NCBI GenBank assembly: GCA_963693365.1
Contig: CAVNZM010000013.1
Span: 7,832,398-7,896,397 of the forward strand
Length of the DNA stretch: 64,000 bases
From: Amoebidium appalachense
Lineage: Eukaryota; Protista; Ichthyosporea
Direction of reading: 5' to 3'
Below are positions 21,052 through 35,767 of the stretch, piece by piece (the first letter of the stretch is position 1; every line of letters starts with the position of its first letter). The notes below the pieces were generated by a model, which did not search any database, was not told where the DNA came from, and saw nothing but the letters and a program-made list of their open reading frames with translations. Both the position numbers and the translations under genes were made by a program.

Positions 21052-21984
21052 TTTTTTCACCAAGTTTAATCGTCAACGAAGCCTATTGTGCAAAAACATC
21101 CACACTCATCGTGTGGGCGATAACTATTGGCACCAAAAAAACAAAAAAAAAAGGTTCAACACCAGACTACAGCAAAATCGGCTGTAACGGGATGGTAGAT
21201 AGTATTCCGTGCGAGCAAACGATTCGCTCACTGCGAACTGTGTGTGTACCTGAACGCCGTGGATAGCCCAAGCAATAGTTGGTTTGTGTATAGCTTCATA
21301 CATCAATTGCTACACGTAAAACGATATAAACTTAGCAACACTCTGTGATGGTGAGCGCTCTGTGATGGAATGTAAATGGTGAAAGGGCGAGAACGAATTT
21401 CTATTCCCAAAAGAAGAGTTCAGAAGCCACCCAAACGGACAGAAAAAGGAACCCGCAGTGCAACAATGCGCCTGTTTATATACCGACGACCCACTCTGAG
21501 CGTGGTAACGCAATCTCATGACCTATAGCCAATGTTCTTCTTCTAAAGTGAAGCCTTGTACTTTAATCTTGGATACTTGTATTACATGACACCAATACCC
21601 CCTGAGTTTTTTAGTTAAAAATATAAAAACCAAAAAAATAGCAGCGTTTAACAAGGTATTTTTCTAGTAGTTACATTAACGCTTCTTCTGAGTACAGTAC
21701 AGCGGTGGGGACGAAGTTGTGAAGTTCAACTATTTTTGCCGACTTGAGCGACGGGCAACCATTGGCTACCCATGATGCTATTTCACTGGGACTAAATTTG
21801 GTGACCTTCCTTTTCTTCTTGGTTATATGACCAGTTATTCAGCATTTTTTGCTCCATAACCATTATCCGTGTCTACGAATGAACAGCAACAAGGGGTTTA
21901 CTGACACGATAAAGTCAACAGCGTGCCAAAAAACTAATCCCCAGCGAGCGCACCCAGTGATGTGTGTGTGTGTGTGTGTGTCGG

Positions 21985-22099
<115 letters not shown>

Positions 22100-23410
22100 C
22101 GCGCGCGTGCGTGCGTGTGTGTGTGTGTGTGCGTGCGTGCGTGCGTGTGTGCGTGTGTGCGTGTGTGCGTGTGTGCGTGTGTGTGTGTGAGTGTGTGTGT
22201 GTGTGTGTGTATGTGTGGTGTGGTGTGTGCGCGGCTTGTACATATGTACGTGTTCATGTGCACCTGTGTCGGACCTACGAAGTACATGAAAGTAAATTTT
22301 GACAGCATCGATCTGCCGGTGTGTATGTGTATGTGTGCCAGTGCAGCAGGTGTGCCTTGTAACTGATAGCTTCGCATTTTACGTGTGTGTATATATAGTA
22401 GTACGCATAGACACTTGCTGATCATTCGGATCGACATTAATATTTAATCTGTCGGTCCTCGGTTTTTTGAGTGAATGATGATCAAGTGTAAGAGCATTCA
22501 CTTGGCAAGTATTAATGTTGCAGAGGCTAGCTGCAGCTGCAAGCGTCGGATGCACACTGACAATTGTCTTTTCAGCGAGTCTAACCTGCAGGCAGCAGCT
22601 GCACACATATAGGGTTGTTATCTTGCGGCACATGCACGGTGATCATTTCAGAGTAATAGAGTTCAGAGCAATGAAAATAATGAAAATAACTAAACTTTGT
22701 GACTACTTTAAAGTTGCTGAGATCATACGTGGTGCAAGCTGCACTATGAACACATGTATAGTGCTAGTAATTAATACATTTTTGTTGCCTTCTGCAGGGT
22801 TATCGTAGCTACGTCACGGCCTGCACTCAGGGGGGGGGGGGGGGGGAGAGGGGGGATGATTCGAAGGGGGTATAAATAAGAACATGCACCTAAAGGTCTT
22901 TCCCGTGGATCCTCCCCCCCCCCCCCCCACCTCTCCCTCCCCCGGGGCCCCATACTATGATATCTAGGCCCAATATTATATGCCCCTTCCCCCCCCCCCC
23001 CCCCCCCTCCCCTCTCCGGATCCCCGGACCCCACTTCCCTACCCGGAGGCTCAAGAGCTCCCCCCTTCCCCTTCCCCCCCTCCCCCCCCCCCCCCCCCCA
23101 AGGCTTACGGGGGCCCTTCTTCATCGAGGGGGAGGGGGTGGGGGTGGGGGGGTGGGGGGTGGGGGTGGGGGGGAGGGAAGTGGAAGGCGGGGGTGGATGC
23201 ATGTCAGCCTAGGTGAATTCAATTGTTTAACTCCAGTGTGCAGGACTGGTCTGAAGGCTTAAGAAAACAACGAGGAAATGGGGTCCAGTGGAGGTGGTGG
23301 TGGTGTTCTGTGTGTGTGTGTACACGTGCACGTATGTGTGTGGTTTTTTTAAGGGGTGAGTGGTGGTGGTGGTGGTGGTGGTGGTCACCGTGGTGGTGGT
23401 GTGTGTGTCT

Positions 23411-23478
<68 letters not shown>

Positions 23479-24894
23479 TAGAAAGAAAAACTGCTCGTGG
23501 GTCACTGTTTTTCGTCACTGTATTTGTAACGGGCCGCTCATATTTATATAACTACTTTAATTTAAGTACACGTGTTCATTATCATATACGATGGCCAAAT
23601 ATAGAAATTTTGGCGTCGAAGTTCTTGGAGCTAAAAAAACGTTTAAAAGGGGGAAATAATAGCTTGGCCCCAAATTTACCTTGCCGTTTTTAGCGAATGT
23701 ATTTTTTATTCATGAGTTCTAGTGATTCAGTGAGTGCACGTGCCTGCCTCAGGCTGATCATGACAACTGCAACACACCATTCCTACATGGATATCAACCA
23801 AAAGAAAATAGTATATACTGTGGTGGTCTCCTAAACCTTGTGCGGCATGCGCATACATGATATTACAGTGACGCATGTGCATATTATTGTTCTGTACACC
23901 GGAGTGTGCCGGTGCACGTGGCTGTTTTGTGCACATGTTACAATAGCAGCACGATCTCCCTAAACTCCATGTTTACACATCCCTCACCCTGGCTCTGCCT
24001 TGTCGGTGCTCCAAAACACACATACAAATCCCCCTAGACTCAGTGCCTGCACATGGTCGCATTCACGTGCAGGTCACGTGACACATGCGATGCCATACTG
24101 CCGTCTACAGCAACAACCACGGCAGCATGTATACCGGCCCAGCACGAAATATACTTATCGGCAGCCCACTGAACTCGCCCATTTTCTCTTTTTCATGTAT
24201 GTCCCTCCTTTTTTGTAAAATCACCCTTTTTGGCCTCCCGGTAGTGGATTTTGCAGGATTTGACTTCTTTGAGGTCCAAAAACCTCAAATTTTCCCCGGC
24301 GGGGCCGGGGAGGGAGAATTCAAAAATTGCCCGCTCCTGATATGGTACCCGGGCCCGGTTACAACATGGTGAGCAAGCACGTCTACGGTAGTCACCAGCT
24401 GGCCATCATCACCCCGTATGTATTGAACACGTGTTTCAATGGCCCACGGCCGCGCGGACAACGGTGTTTGACTAAACCACTCCGGATCTGACTTGACACT
24501 ACTGTGACGCACTGTAACTTGTAATATCATGCACACATGCATATGCATGTTGTTATTGTAATAATAACACCAATGTCATATGCATGGCGCGCGCGGCCTG
24601 ATCCACGTGTACGCTACCATAGCGTATGTAGATATGTGGACAAAGGCAAAGTTTGGGGTACACACACACATGCAGGATCCGAAGGTGTGTGCAAACTAGG
24701 CCTGGTCATGGTCACATATACTGACCCCGGGCCCCACAAGCTTGCTTGCCGTACATACGCGTTTGATCATGATAATGACTCAGTATTGGGATGCTCATGC
24801 CGTGACCCCACTAATACGTAAGATGCAGCGGCGCGGCCCGGGCGGGTGAACAAGACAATACTTGAGTGTAGGGTACTACATGTGTTGAGCGGCG

Positions 24895-24939
<45 letters not shown>

Positions 24940-25329
24940 CCGCGGCCGGGGCCGGGTCACCACTGCACCACGCGTGCGTGCACCACCACGGGTATGACGG
25001 TACCACCACAAAAAAGATTAAAGATCCCGGGAGGGGGAGGGGGGGAGGGGAGGGGGGAGGGGGGGGGGGGGGGGGGGGGGGGGGGCGGAGCTGGGGGGAG
25101 GGGGGAAGCTTCCGAAGGCTCGTTAACTTTCGCAAAAGAAGTTTCGCAATAGTTCTCTTTCCTCGGTACAGCTAGCGCTCAGCTGAATACGAAAAATCGG
25201 TGTCACCCTGGCCCGGGACTGAGATATCTGATAATGAACCGAGTTCTACGTACGGTAATGTAACCCCACGGATCTGGCACAGTGAGTTTTGAACTGGTGG
25301 GCTGATTGAACCTGCAGCCCCAGTCCCCG

Positions 25330-25880
25330 GGGCTGCCTGGGTGCTGTCAAAATATTTGCATTCGAGGCTTTGGGTCATGGCATGCCCCATCAGCCAGTCC
25401 GCGTCATTGTGGGGGTGTGAACCAGTAGCATGCACATACTAAAGCTGGGCAAATTGCAGCGAGTCTGGACCTATGCATATGTGGACTCAACGCGGTAGGT
25501 TGTGCAGAATTAACAAAAAACCAACCACTAGTACCCTCAGCAAGGGTCCAAGGGAACTGAACCGAGAAGAACTGTCTGTGCATTCAACATAACTAGGCTA
25601 TACTGTGCTAAAGTAACGTCTGCACGAATTGTTTTGTGCTGCAACTAGCAGCTACTTAGTTGTGGCCCACACCCAAACGGTCCCATACGTCTATGTATCC
25701 TACCGCCACCTGGTCCAGTGCAGCTTCTGCAGCAGCTACCAGGCTAGTGGACTATCACTATGGCCTACCGCACCCATATCTCGTCTGGCAAATGGACTCG
25801 CCAGGTACTGCTTACTTTCTCATAGCACGTACGCCTGACTCGTGCAGCTGCATGAGTTTTGCCTAGAGTCCTGTGCGCCC
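25330..25880 (+). pseudogene. Possible decayed 3' region of a non-LTR retrotransposon
   Basis: Broken frames give SESGPMHMW (E.GR.P-like) and LARYCLLSH (LARFR..SH-like), with many stops. Confidence 0.3.
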
Positions 25881-26532
25881 ACCACATGTGCTGCCCCTAC
25901 TTCAATCCCGGCCTTACCGGGCCCCCCCGCAAGCTCCGAGTCCCACCGGGGCCCCCTCCTTCCCCTTACTCACCCAGTACCCACCAACCCACCCATGCCT
26001 CTCCCTCCCCCCTGCAGTCTCCCCCCCCCCCCCCCCCCCCTGCCCTCTCCCATTTCCACTTGCTCTCAAGTCCACCCGGTCCTGTCATCCAACTCTCTCA
26101 AATGAATACTGTCAGTCCTTAGTGGAGCTACCCACCGGCGAGGCTGGGGTGAATACCCTGGGACGGTGTGTGCAAATAGTTAGGATTGTAAGGGGTGTGT
26201 TACTGAGTTTAGCTAATAGTACCGTAGCACCCTAGTTAGAGTACTGTCGGTGCTGGGTGGAAGACGCTGAGTTCCCCACGAGGGCCCCGAGGGGTTCCTT
26301 CGGGAACACTGAAAGGGGATAAAATAAAAAAAGGTGCTTAGTGGAAGACGGTAGATCATGTGAGGACCCCCGGGGACAAAACGGCATAAGAAAAAACCAA
26401 ATATCTCCCTCAGATGGTAAACCTGCTTCTGTCACCGACACTATCATCACCAGCAAACCCTACGTTGCCATTTTGAATCGTGCCACCATAACTGGGATCA
26501 AGCGGTGACTTTTTGCCACGTCCCCCCCCTCC

Positions 26533-26563
<31 letters not shown>

Positions 26564-26836
26564 AAAAAAAAAAAAAAAGAAAGAAAGAAAACCTTTGAAT
26601 AAATAAAATAAAAAATATAATAAAAAATACAATCATTCACACACGTACATGCCCACAGTGCTCACACCGCCATACAACAAATGATCATCAGGTTCTCGCA
26701 TAAGTCATGACACTCTGCATGATGCACACTCGCTTTCCATCATAACGCACATACAATCACAGTGACACCTGCATGCTCTGATACTGACGGAGGCATAACA
26801 CAGGCCGGACCATCGCGGGCCATTGGGCGACTTTTT

Positions 26837-27442
26837 ATGAAGGGTCTCTTTGTGTTTGTCGGGGCGTGCATCTTCGGCATTCCCCCCAGAGTGTGGGGTC
26901 AAAATGCCACCATACCGGTCCCCACTGCACCAGGCACAGTGCCTATAAGCCCCCCCACAGTATTTCAGCCTGTCTCCCCAGACTCGTGGTAGGTTTCATG
27001 CAGTAAATTCCTAACCCTTGAAGATATCTGCAAGCGAAAAACTTTGCCAACCCGATTCTCTGAGATTCCCCATAAACTAATAGTATACTTAACTTTGGTG
27101 ACCAATGGTATAAGATGTGTTGTTTTCCCTGCCATTTCATATAATTCCATTTTTTGATATACACCCGTCGTGTGTTACCCAACCAATCCGTTCTCCCTAT
27201 TCTGCTACATTCCTCTGCCCTTTTCACGCCTATGTACCAAGACTTTGGTGACATACAGCACCACCACGACGCACATATATGCTCCTGCCCTGTAAAAGAC
27301 ATAATCTGCAAAGACGCGTGTTGAAATCCCTATCTCGTAAATGTCTCCCCCCCCTCATCCCTCCAGCCCGCCCCCCCCCCCGGCCCCCCCTCCCCCCGCC
27401 CCCCGCCCCCGGGCCCCCCTGTACACCCCCCCCTTCCCCACC

Positions 27443-27473
<31 letters not shown>

Positions 27474-28093
27474 CATCCGCCCCCCAAAACACACTGCGTG
27501 CGCAATAAAAAGCTGCAAAAATAAAAGTGGTAATAATAGTATAGAATCCGTATGAGAGGGGTTTGGTTTTTTTTTGTTTTTTTTTTTTGCGGGGGGGGGG
27601 GGGGGGGGGGAGAGGGAGAGGGAGGGGGGGGGGGGGGGAGGGCGGGGGTGGCAGTGGTGGTGGGAAGGGGGGGGGGGGGGGGAGGAGAATGGACACACTG
27701 GTCACCCTTCTGCCAGGCCTCATTCACCCCACTGCCCCCCCTAGGCCTGTTTCCCTCTCCCCCCCCCCCCCCCAAACACATCACACACACACACCCGCAC
27801 CCACACACAGACACACACCCGGGCACAATACACACAAGCACGGTTTGGCGCACACACTCCACCTGCACACACCCACATTCAAGCAAGTTACTGAAAAGTA
27901 AAAATGATATCTGTACCAGAGTTCAGTCAACTTGCCTGACGTGATGTATTGAACTTCCTCATCACAAACAATAGGCCACTCTCTGCTTACTTATATACAG
28001 TAGTGTATACATACCGTCAGCACACCCTCATATGCCTCAAGCATGTGGCCACCCCTCTCCCTCCAACCCCCCCCCCCCCCCCCCCCCCCCCCC

Positions 28094-28127
<34 letters not shown>

Positions 28128-30078
28128 GTGCCACCTCCACCACCCGTGACCTCTGACAGCATATCCAGCTAGCACACCACACAAACAAAATCTTTCAATA
28201 CTAATTGGTTTTTGCTTCCCCCACCCCCCCCCCCCCCCCCCCCCCCCCCCTTACCCATATCCCTCACTACCCCACGGCATCTACCTCCATCCATACCTGA
28301 CTGGTGCTGATCCTCCCCCCCCCACCAAACCACCAACCCACCCCACCCCACCCTCCCCTCCCTGCCCCCAATCCTCCCTCCCCCCCCCCCCCCCCCTAAA
28401 GGTATGGCCGGGGCTGCACCAACCCCACGGACCTTTTCAACGTCACCTCTGCCCTCCCCTCCGGCCCGCTCACAGCCCCTATGGGCTCCATGGCTAAAAT
28501 GGTAAACGGGCCCCACCCCATGGTTGCACTAAATAACACAGTGCATGGCCTATATTTATTATGAGATATGAAAGGCTGCTTACAAATATTCTGAAAGAGC
28601 GATACTTTTCATGGCAACATGAGAGGTTTGAAGAGTGTTTTGGGCCATCCGATTCCCACCCCCACCCCCCGCCCCCCCTCCCGGTCCTGCCCGTCCTTCA
28701 TCCTAAGGAACAAACCTACTCTAACCCCCTTTTATGATGCGAGTAGAGTCATTTATAGCCCCTCCCCCCTCCCCCCCGGGTGCGGGCCTACCTTTCGCTG
28801 CTTTCAACAAGACTTTTCTTTTTGTTCACCTCGTCGTATCATAGTAGTGACTGTCTCAAGTCTCACTGAGGCCCCCCTTAATACTTAGCCACACAGCACA
28901 ACTTCCCTCTATTTTTGTTTTTGTTTTGACATGTGTGCCTTACCGTCAATGCATCAGCCATTATATTCTAAAAGGCATCACCACCTGACGCACAGGCAAT
29001 CGATTGCATACCACATACCCCCCTCCCCCCCCCCCAAAGCCCCCCTCTCCCCCCGCCCTCGTTCCCCCCCCCCCCCTCTCTCCCCCTCCCGCCGGGCCTG
29101 CTGGTCCGGCCACCTGCTCTGCCTGCCCTCCCTGCCCTTCCCATTGCCCCTTAAATGCAGACACGATTGGCTACGTCGAACATGTATGAAACTTATTTGT
29201 GACCTGTTGGTTCTGTACACAGCTGCATTTTTCCTTACCTGCACACGGTTGTTTTTGCTCTTCTTCTCAGCTTCTAGATTTCGTTCAAGTAGAACTCAAT
29301 AACCAGAGGTGAACCCTCCCCCCTCTCCCCGCACACACACACACACACCCATCCCCTCTTCCCAAATCCCCCCCCCCCCCCCCCCCCCCCCAATCCCTTA
29401 TGTGCTTGAAGAAGTAGGGCTTTCCTTCCTTGCCCCATTTCTTCCATCACATAGTATGTCCTCATCAAAAGTCCCTCTCTTGCTAAACACAACTCTGCCC
29501 TCTCTCCCCGATTCCTCTCCCTCTCTGTCTTTGCCCCTCCTGCCCTTCTCCGTCAAGCTGTACAATTCACCATGCCGCCCCCGCTTTACCCCCTCTCTCC
29601 CCTCTCCCCTCCTTAAAATTCCCACCACCGAAGGTCTCTGCTACCTTCCTTTCCCATGCTCACATTTCCTGTTTACCCGAAAGCCTGGCATCTTTACTCC
29701 CCCCGGTTATGATATACCATCTAATCCCCCCCCCACCCCCCCTCCCCCCCCCCCCCCCCCAAAAAAAAAAAAAAAAAAAAAAAAGCTAACCGACGTTTCA
29801 TTTTACGCATTACGCAAATCACCTGTTGATCTACCAGCCTATGATTTGCCTTTTTGCCCACCCACTGTACGTCACCCACCGAACCATCAGATCCCCTAGC
29901 AACCACCTGACTTATTCAACCCCCCCCCCCCCCCCCCAAAAAAAAAAAAAAAAAAGAACCGACCACCCTCTCCCTCACATCCATACCCCCCCCTTTTCCT
30001 CCCCCTCCCCCCCCCCCCCCCCCCCGGGCTCCCCCCCATCAAACCCCCCCCCCTCCCCCCCCCCCCCCCCCCCCCCAG

Positions 30079-30138
<60 letters not shown>

Positions 30139-33111
30139 TAATCCCCCCCTCCCCCCCTCCCCCCCGCAGACACTCATGGGGGACCTCTGCTGCCCGTTTG
30201 CATCTGGTCTCGTGACCTACAGCCTCACTGGCCGGGGCAGTGTCCCTGTGGCCGGGCAGATGGCCCTGTGTGAGGGTGCCCTCAATGTGTCGTGTCCCGT
30301 ACGGCCGGGGAGTGGTGTGCCACTGACACTGATGTGTGGGTATCCCAAAGACACAATCAATATGCGCGGCATCAGAAAGACATAGGTGACAGGAGTCGTT
30401 GATGCACACCATAATTGGCGAATAGTTGCTAGTAGTTATCACTGCAGGAAACTGTATCCTTGAAAATGCTACCCCACCCACCTACATTTCATCCTCCCAC
30501 CCAAAGCGGTCATTTTTACTTTTTATTGTGCGAGGAGTGTCTCGATCGATTTGTAACAAAACCTCCCCACTAACACCCCCCTCCCCCCTGCCCCCACCCC
30601 CAGTCCCTGTACCCAGCAACCAGACCCAAGCAAACTCAACATCTGCCCTTGCCGTTGGGGATGAATTGACAGGTACCGGGCAACCTTATCCCCTTCCCCC
30701 CCTTCCCCCCCTTCCCCTTCCCCCTCCCCCCTCCCCCCACGCAACCCTGTCCCCTCTCACCCTATCTTACTCTCATTCGTCCCCTTCCTTCCCCTCCCTC
30801 CTACACCCTACCCGCACCCCCTACTCTGCCACCCACACCCGGGGTTCCAACCTGCTACTGCCATTTTTGGCCTCGGCATATCTGCATATCTGCTGGATAA
30901 ATAGCAGCTAAGAGTCAATCTGCTTGATGACCAAAGGATACATTAGAAAAAGAAGAAGCAGAAAAGAAGACTGTTGTACAGGTGGAGGTTAGGCCTTTCG
31001 CCCCGGGGGGGGGGGGGAGGGGGGGGGGGGGTAAGTGGGGGGGGGGGGGGGGGGGAGGGGGGGGGGAGGGGGGGGGTTCGATTAGAACAGTGCACACGGG
31101 TTTATAAACGCACTGGCAAACGTCGGTATATCCTCCTGTCCAATGTTTACCGCATTCCGTTAACCTCCTGGCCAATCACTGACGCTGTGGTGTGAAAGGC
31201 ACGATTCGATTGGTGGATGCCCTGCAGCGCTCAATCACCTGCCTGCAAGTGCGCATGATACTGAGCCAGCCAATAGCTGCCGAGAATGGCCCAGCCGCAC
31301 AGCTCCCACCAACCAACGGTGCCACACTCGCCCCCTCCCCCACCCCCCCAGTCACCGGCTCAAAAAAAAAAAAAAAAAAAAAAAAACCCTTTGGAATTAC
31401 GTAGCTGGGCCATCATCCACATATAGCATTCACACATGTTCTCTAGTAGGATGAGCGATGATGTGACACTGTGCATGAAGACGTGTAGGAAGATGGATAG
31501 GTGGTGGCGGTACTTCTTTGGTTTTGAAGGGAAGAAGCAGCCGAGGGGGAGGTTGGTGGGGGGTGGGGAGGGGGGGGAGGGGGGTCTATCGGGAAACAGG
31601 TGGAGAATGTGCACTCCTGTGGCCGCACGGTAGGAATCGGTGGGATGCATGAAGAAGTTAATTGGGGGAGAAGGGGGTGGGGGGGAGAGGGTTGGAGCTG
31701 CACTGCCTGTGCAGTGTACGTACAACGTGACAACATACTGAGTGGACCGGATTAGAAGCATTGATATGGAAGAGCGATCACATGCAACTGGTCTTGTTTG
31801 TGCGTGTGCCGGACGTGTACGGGAAAGGAGTAGATATCACAGAAGACACCAGGCATTAGAACAGGAGCACAGTCCTGAAGTTGAAACCAGTAGGATAGGA
31901 AATGCTGCCGTAACCCGATTAGCCCACCAACTAACACTACTCCAATGTTTTACCCCCTTTTAGCTCCTCCTGCCCCGGCTACCGTGGTAGGGACCTCCCC
32001 CCCCCCCCCCCCCCCCCCCCCCCACCAAATCCTCAACCCCACCATTCCCGCCATCTCACCGGGGCATCACTGATCTATTTCTCCGGTATCTCCTTCTTTC
32101 CTTGTTCCTAGTTCGGCTTTATTACAATCCCCCTCCTCACCCCCCTCCCCCCTTCCCCCCTCCCCCCCTCCCCCCGCCCTCTCTCTCCCCCCCCCCCCCC
32201 CCCCCCTCCCACAACCCACCTCCGGCGCGGGATAAACTGCCGCCCCCACCACACTTTTCTTCCTGCTCTACACCACCCCAAAACTATGACCTGATTCATT
32301 CTGCTATCCACAACTCCACCCCCCCCCACCCCCCCCCATCTTTTCTCCCCCCTCCCCCTCCCCCCCTGCCGCCCAGCCCCCCTCCCCCCTCCCCCTACCC
32401 AAAAACAAAGCAAATACACACTCCATTACGCTTTCCAACACCAGTTCAATGCCCAATTGATCGTACTCGTGCAGATTACACCTCCAACCACTGATTACTC
32501 CATTCCCCCACCACACACACACACAACCATCCCCCCACCTACCACACTTACACCACCCTTGGTAAACCATCAATCATCCACACGACCAACCACCTCCAGG
32601 TTTACAAAACTTCTCCCTTCCTCTCTCCGCCTTCTCCCGACCTCTGCCCTCCCTCTTCCCCGCCAACACCTACCCCCCCCCCCCCCTAGGTCTTCCTTTC
32701 CTCTAACATCCTCCCCCCCCCCCCCCCCCCCCCCGTCCTCTTTCACAGGTTGAAGAGAGCAGCGGTCTGAGCAAGAACACCGCCATTGCCATATTTGTCC
32801 CGTTATCCCTGGTTCTGATTGGTGCATGCATTGCCGCCTTTTTCTACATCCGCCATCGCAGAAATCAGGCCATCGCTAGACGAACCAAAACCAACCCAGA
32901 TGACTCGACCTCTACCGATGCACAAATGGAGGAGGGTGGGCCAAAGATTATGTTTCCAAATCCCGTCGAACCACGGGAATCTAACGGAAATTTGGATTCC
33001 CCGTATTTAAGCATTGATGATACCGAAAATCACCAGAATGATGGAGAGGCGATCCAACCGGTGCAGAGTTCGGGTACAGGGGGGATTGATCGGGTTGATA
33101 TATCCGAGTAG
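26837..33111 (+). CDS. Type I membrane protein with extracellular ML (MD-2/NPC2-like lipid-recognition) domain (about 327 aa). Exons 26837-26988, 28402-28501, 30170-30339, 30617-30672, 31199-31318, 31964-31986, 32749-33111
   Basis: In-phase splicing gives a signal peptide (MKGLFVFVGACIFGIPPRVWG), a P/T stalk, ML-like GCTNPTDLFNVTS...GDL...LCEGALNVSCPVRPG...GTIRLVDALQRSITCLQV, a TM helix AIAIFVPLSLVLIGACIAAFFYI followed by RHRR, and an acidic cytoplasmic tail. Confidence 0.82.
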
Positions 33112-33429
33112 GTACGGATTTAGGTTTATGGGGGGTTCTTTAGTGTAAAACTTTGTAATTTTGGGGCTCATTGAGAGATCCCAGCACCGTTTTGTGTGGG
33201 CTACCTGTTGTAAATTAGGAAACATGAAACCGTGAACTAAGGCAGAGAACTAGATTGTCAAACATTGCATAAAGCTTTGAGGTATATAGAGGCACTATGA
33301 CATGCCCTCCATGCTGGCACATGGATACTTGGCACTACTTGACAATGCCATGCTCCCCAATATAAAGCCCTGTCCGATTCAATCTGGAGTAAACCCCCCC
33401 CCCCCCCCCCCCCCCCCTCCTCTCCCTGA

Positions 33430-33570
33430 CCAAACCTCGAGTACTGTGGATGACTTGGGCCCCCTTGCCTTTGAGGATGGGCTCTGGTTACTATTCACAC
33501 TAATCATGGTTTGCACTTTGCGTTGTGCTGTCCGTTATGGATGTGCACTTCGTACTCCATACCAGATTCT
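33430..33570 (+). repeat. Degenerate copy of the dispersed structured repeat family
   Basis: aaacctcgagtactgtggatgacttgggccccc...tgaggatgggctctggtta...cacttcgtact matches the 51546-51669 pattern. Confidence 0.7.
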
Positions 33571-33975
33571 TACCACCCCCCCCCCCCCCCCCCCCCCCCC
33601 AACCCCCCAATATTGTTCAACCCCCACCCCCGCACCCCTCCCCCCCCCCCCCCCACTCCTCGGCTCCTGGTCTATTTACAGCCGGTATGATATTCGTGGC
33701 ACCCCAATGCAAAAACGAGATGAAGAGTAACGGTGCCACGATGCTGCTCATAATGACAAAGTATGGCTATCCGACAGAAGGCTTTAGTGTGACGGTGTGT
33801 GTGCTTGTGGGTGTGTTTTGTGCGTGCATGTACATGGTTAGAATGGGCGTCTTGTGGGTGTGCATGTGCGCAGTTAAAATGTATGCGTTGTGTGCAACGG
33901 TGTGCAATAAGAGCGTGAGTGTTAGTGTGTGTGTGTGTGTGGGCACAACCATCACGCGGCGTCTGCGTGGCGCAC

Positions 33976-34340
33976 AATCGGAACGGTTGTAGTTATGGGT
34001 GCACATATGGGGGCCAATCAGAATGGTTGTAGTTATGGGTGCACATGGGGGGCCAAATAGAATGGTTGTAGTTATGGGTGCACATGCGGGGGCCAAATAG
34101 AATGGTTGTAGTTATGGGTGCACATGCGGGGGCCAAATAGAATGGTTGTAGTTATGGGTGCACACATGGGGGCCAATCGGAATGGTTGTAGTTATGGGTG
34201 CACATATGGGGGCCAATCGGAATGGTTGTAGTTATGGGTGCACATGGGGGGCCAAATAACGGTTGTAGTTATGGGTGCCACATGGGGGGCCAAATAGAAT
34301 GGTTGTAGTTATGGGTGCACATGGGGGGCCAAATAGAATG
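33976..34340. repeat. Minisatellite, about 9 copies of a 38-40 bp unit
   Basis: Unit aa(at/tc)(a/g)gaa(t/c)ggttgtagttatgggtgcaca(t/c)..gggggcc repeated head-to-tail with no unique spacers. Confidence 0.95.
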
Positions 34341-35728
34341 AGCGTGTAGCTGTGGGCCCCCGGCAATGAGAACGGCTGTGGTTGCCCCCGCTCGACCTCG
34401 CATGTCAAGTGTTCAAATCTCCTTCCCCCCTTCCCCCCTCCCACCCCCCCCCTTCCCCCCCCTCCCTTTCCCCTCCCCCCCCATCCCCCCCCCCCCCCCC
34501 CCCCCCCCCCCTTGCCCCCCAAAACCCATCTTCCCGTCCGTTTTGCCCCCCCCTCTCCCCCCCCCCCCCCCCCTAAATCCCCCCCCCCCCCCCCCACACA
34601 CACACACCCTCCCTCCCCACTCTCTCCTATCTTACACTAAGGAAATCTTTGCGGGGTTAAATTTATTTAGATACATACAGGCCGACATCGGCCGAGTTAT
34701 CGTGGAACTACGACTGAAGCAAAAGGATAATCACTTTGCTGGTGCTTGCTGGTGCTAGCCTGTGCGGTTGTAATAAAGTCACTGGCATAGTATCCTGACT
34801 GGGGGGGAAGGGAGGGGGGAGGGGGGGGGGGGGGGGGGGGGGGTGATGCAAATACACGTGTGTGTCAAATTGTTTGGGAGGGTTGCAGGGAAGGTGGGGA
34901 AGGGGGGGGGGGGGAAGGGGGTTGTGTGTGTGTGTGTATGTGTTGGGGGGAGGGAGGGAGGGGGGGGGGGGGGGGGGGAGCGGCGGCAATGCATTTGTGT
35001 ATGGGTACGATGGACAAACATCGGAATGGATGTGTATATGCCAGTGCATGTGTGTGGGCCAATCAAACTGGGCGTACAAACGGGCAATCACATAAATTGG
35101 GTGCGAACATATAGAAGTCCGATGTGTGGGTCATCGGAAAGGAATGTGCGTACGGTGTGTATGGAGGAGGAATCGGGGTGGGACGAGGGGAGGGCGGGGG
35201 GGGGGGGGGGGGGAAGGAGGGGGAGGGGGGAGGGGAGAGATGCCATAGATTGATGTGTGTGGACATTCTGTATGGGTGTGTGCATGCCTGCGTGTGTATG
35301 TGTGTGTAGAGGCGGGCGGGTGGGAGGGGAGGCAGAGGAGAGAAGGAGGAAGAGGGAGGATCAGTTTTTGTGCGTAAGGCTATGTATGTGTGTGTGTGTT
35401 GGTGGTGATAGCGGTGGGGCGGGGAGGGGGGGGGGGGGGGGATGGGGGGGAGGGGAAGAAGGGGGGGGGGGGAGGGGGGGGGGGGGGGGGACAAAACAGA
35501 TGGTGGGTAGGGGGTGATCAGAAAGGGTATAAGTGAAATTCGGGTCCATGTTTAGTTTGTCACGTAACTGTGGCCACCAGTTTTTGCTAAGACGTCCCAT
35601 AAGCAGTACTACACCTATAGGCCTTGTAGGCGCCAATCAATGCAGAACTTGACAGAAATTTACAACCGTTTTACCTGGTTGCGGCAGCCATTCCAAGGGG
35701 TTGATTGTATGTTGTCCAACGCCCCCCG

Positions 35729-35767
<39 letters not shown>

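Noticed and set aside
33976-34340. CRISPR-like array
   Set aside because: Units are contiguous with no unique spacers, there are no cas genes, and the context is eukaryotic.
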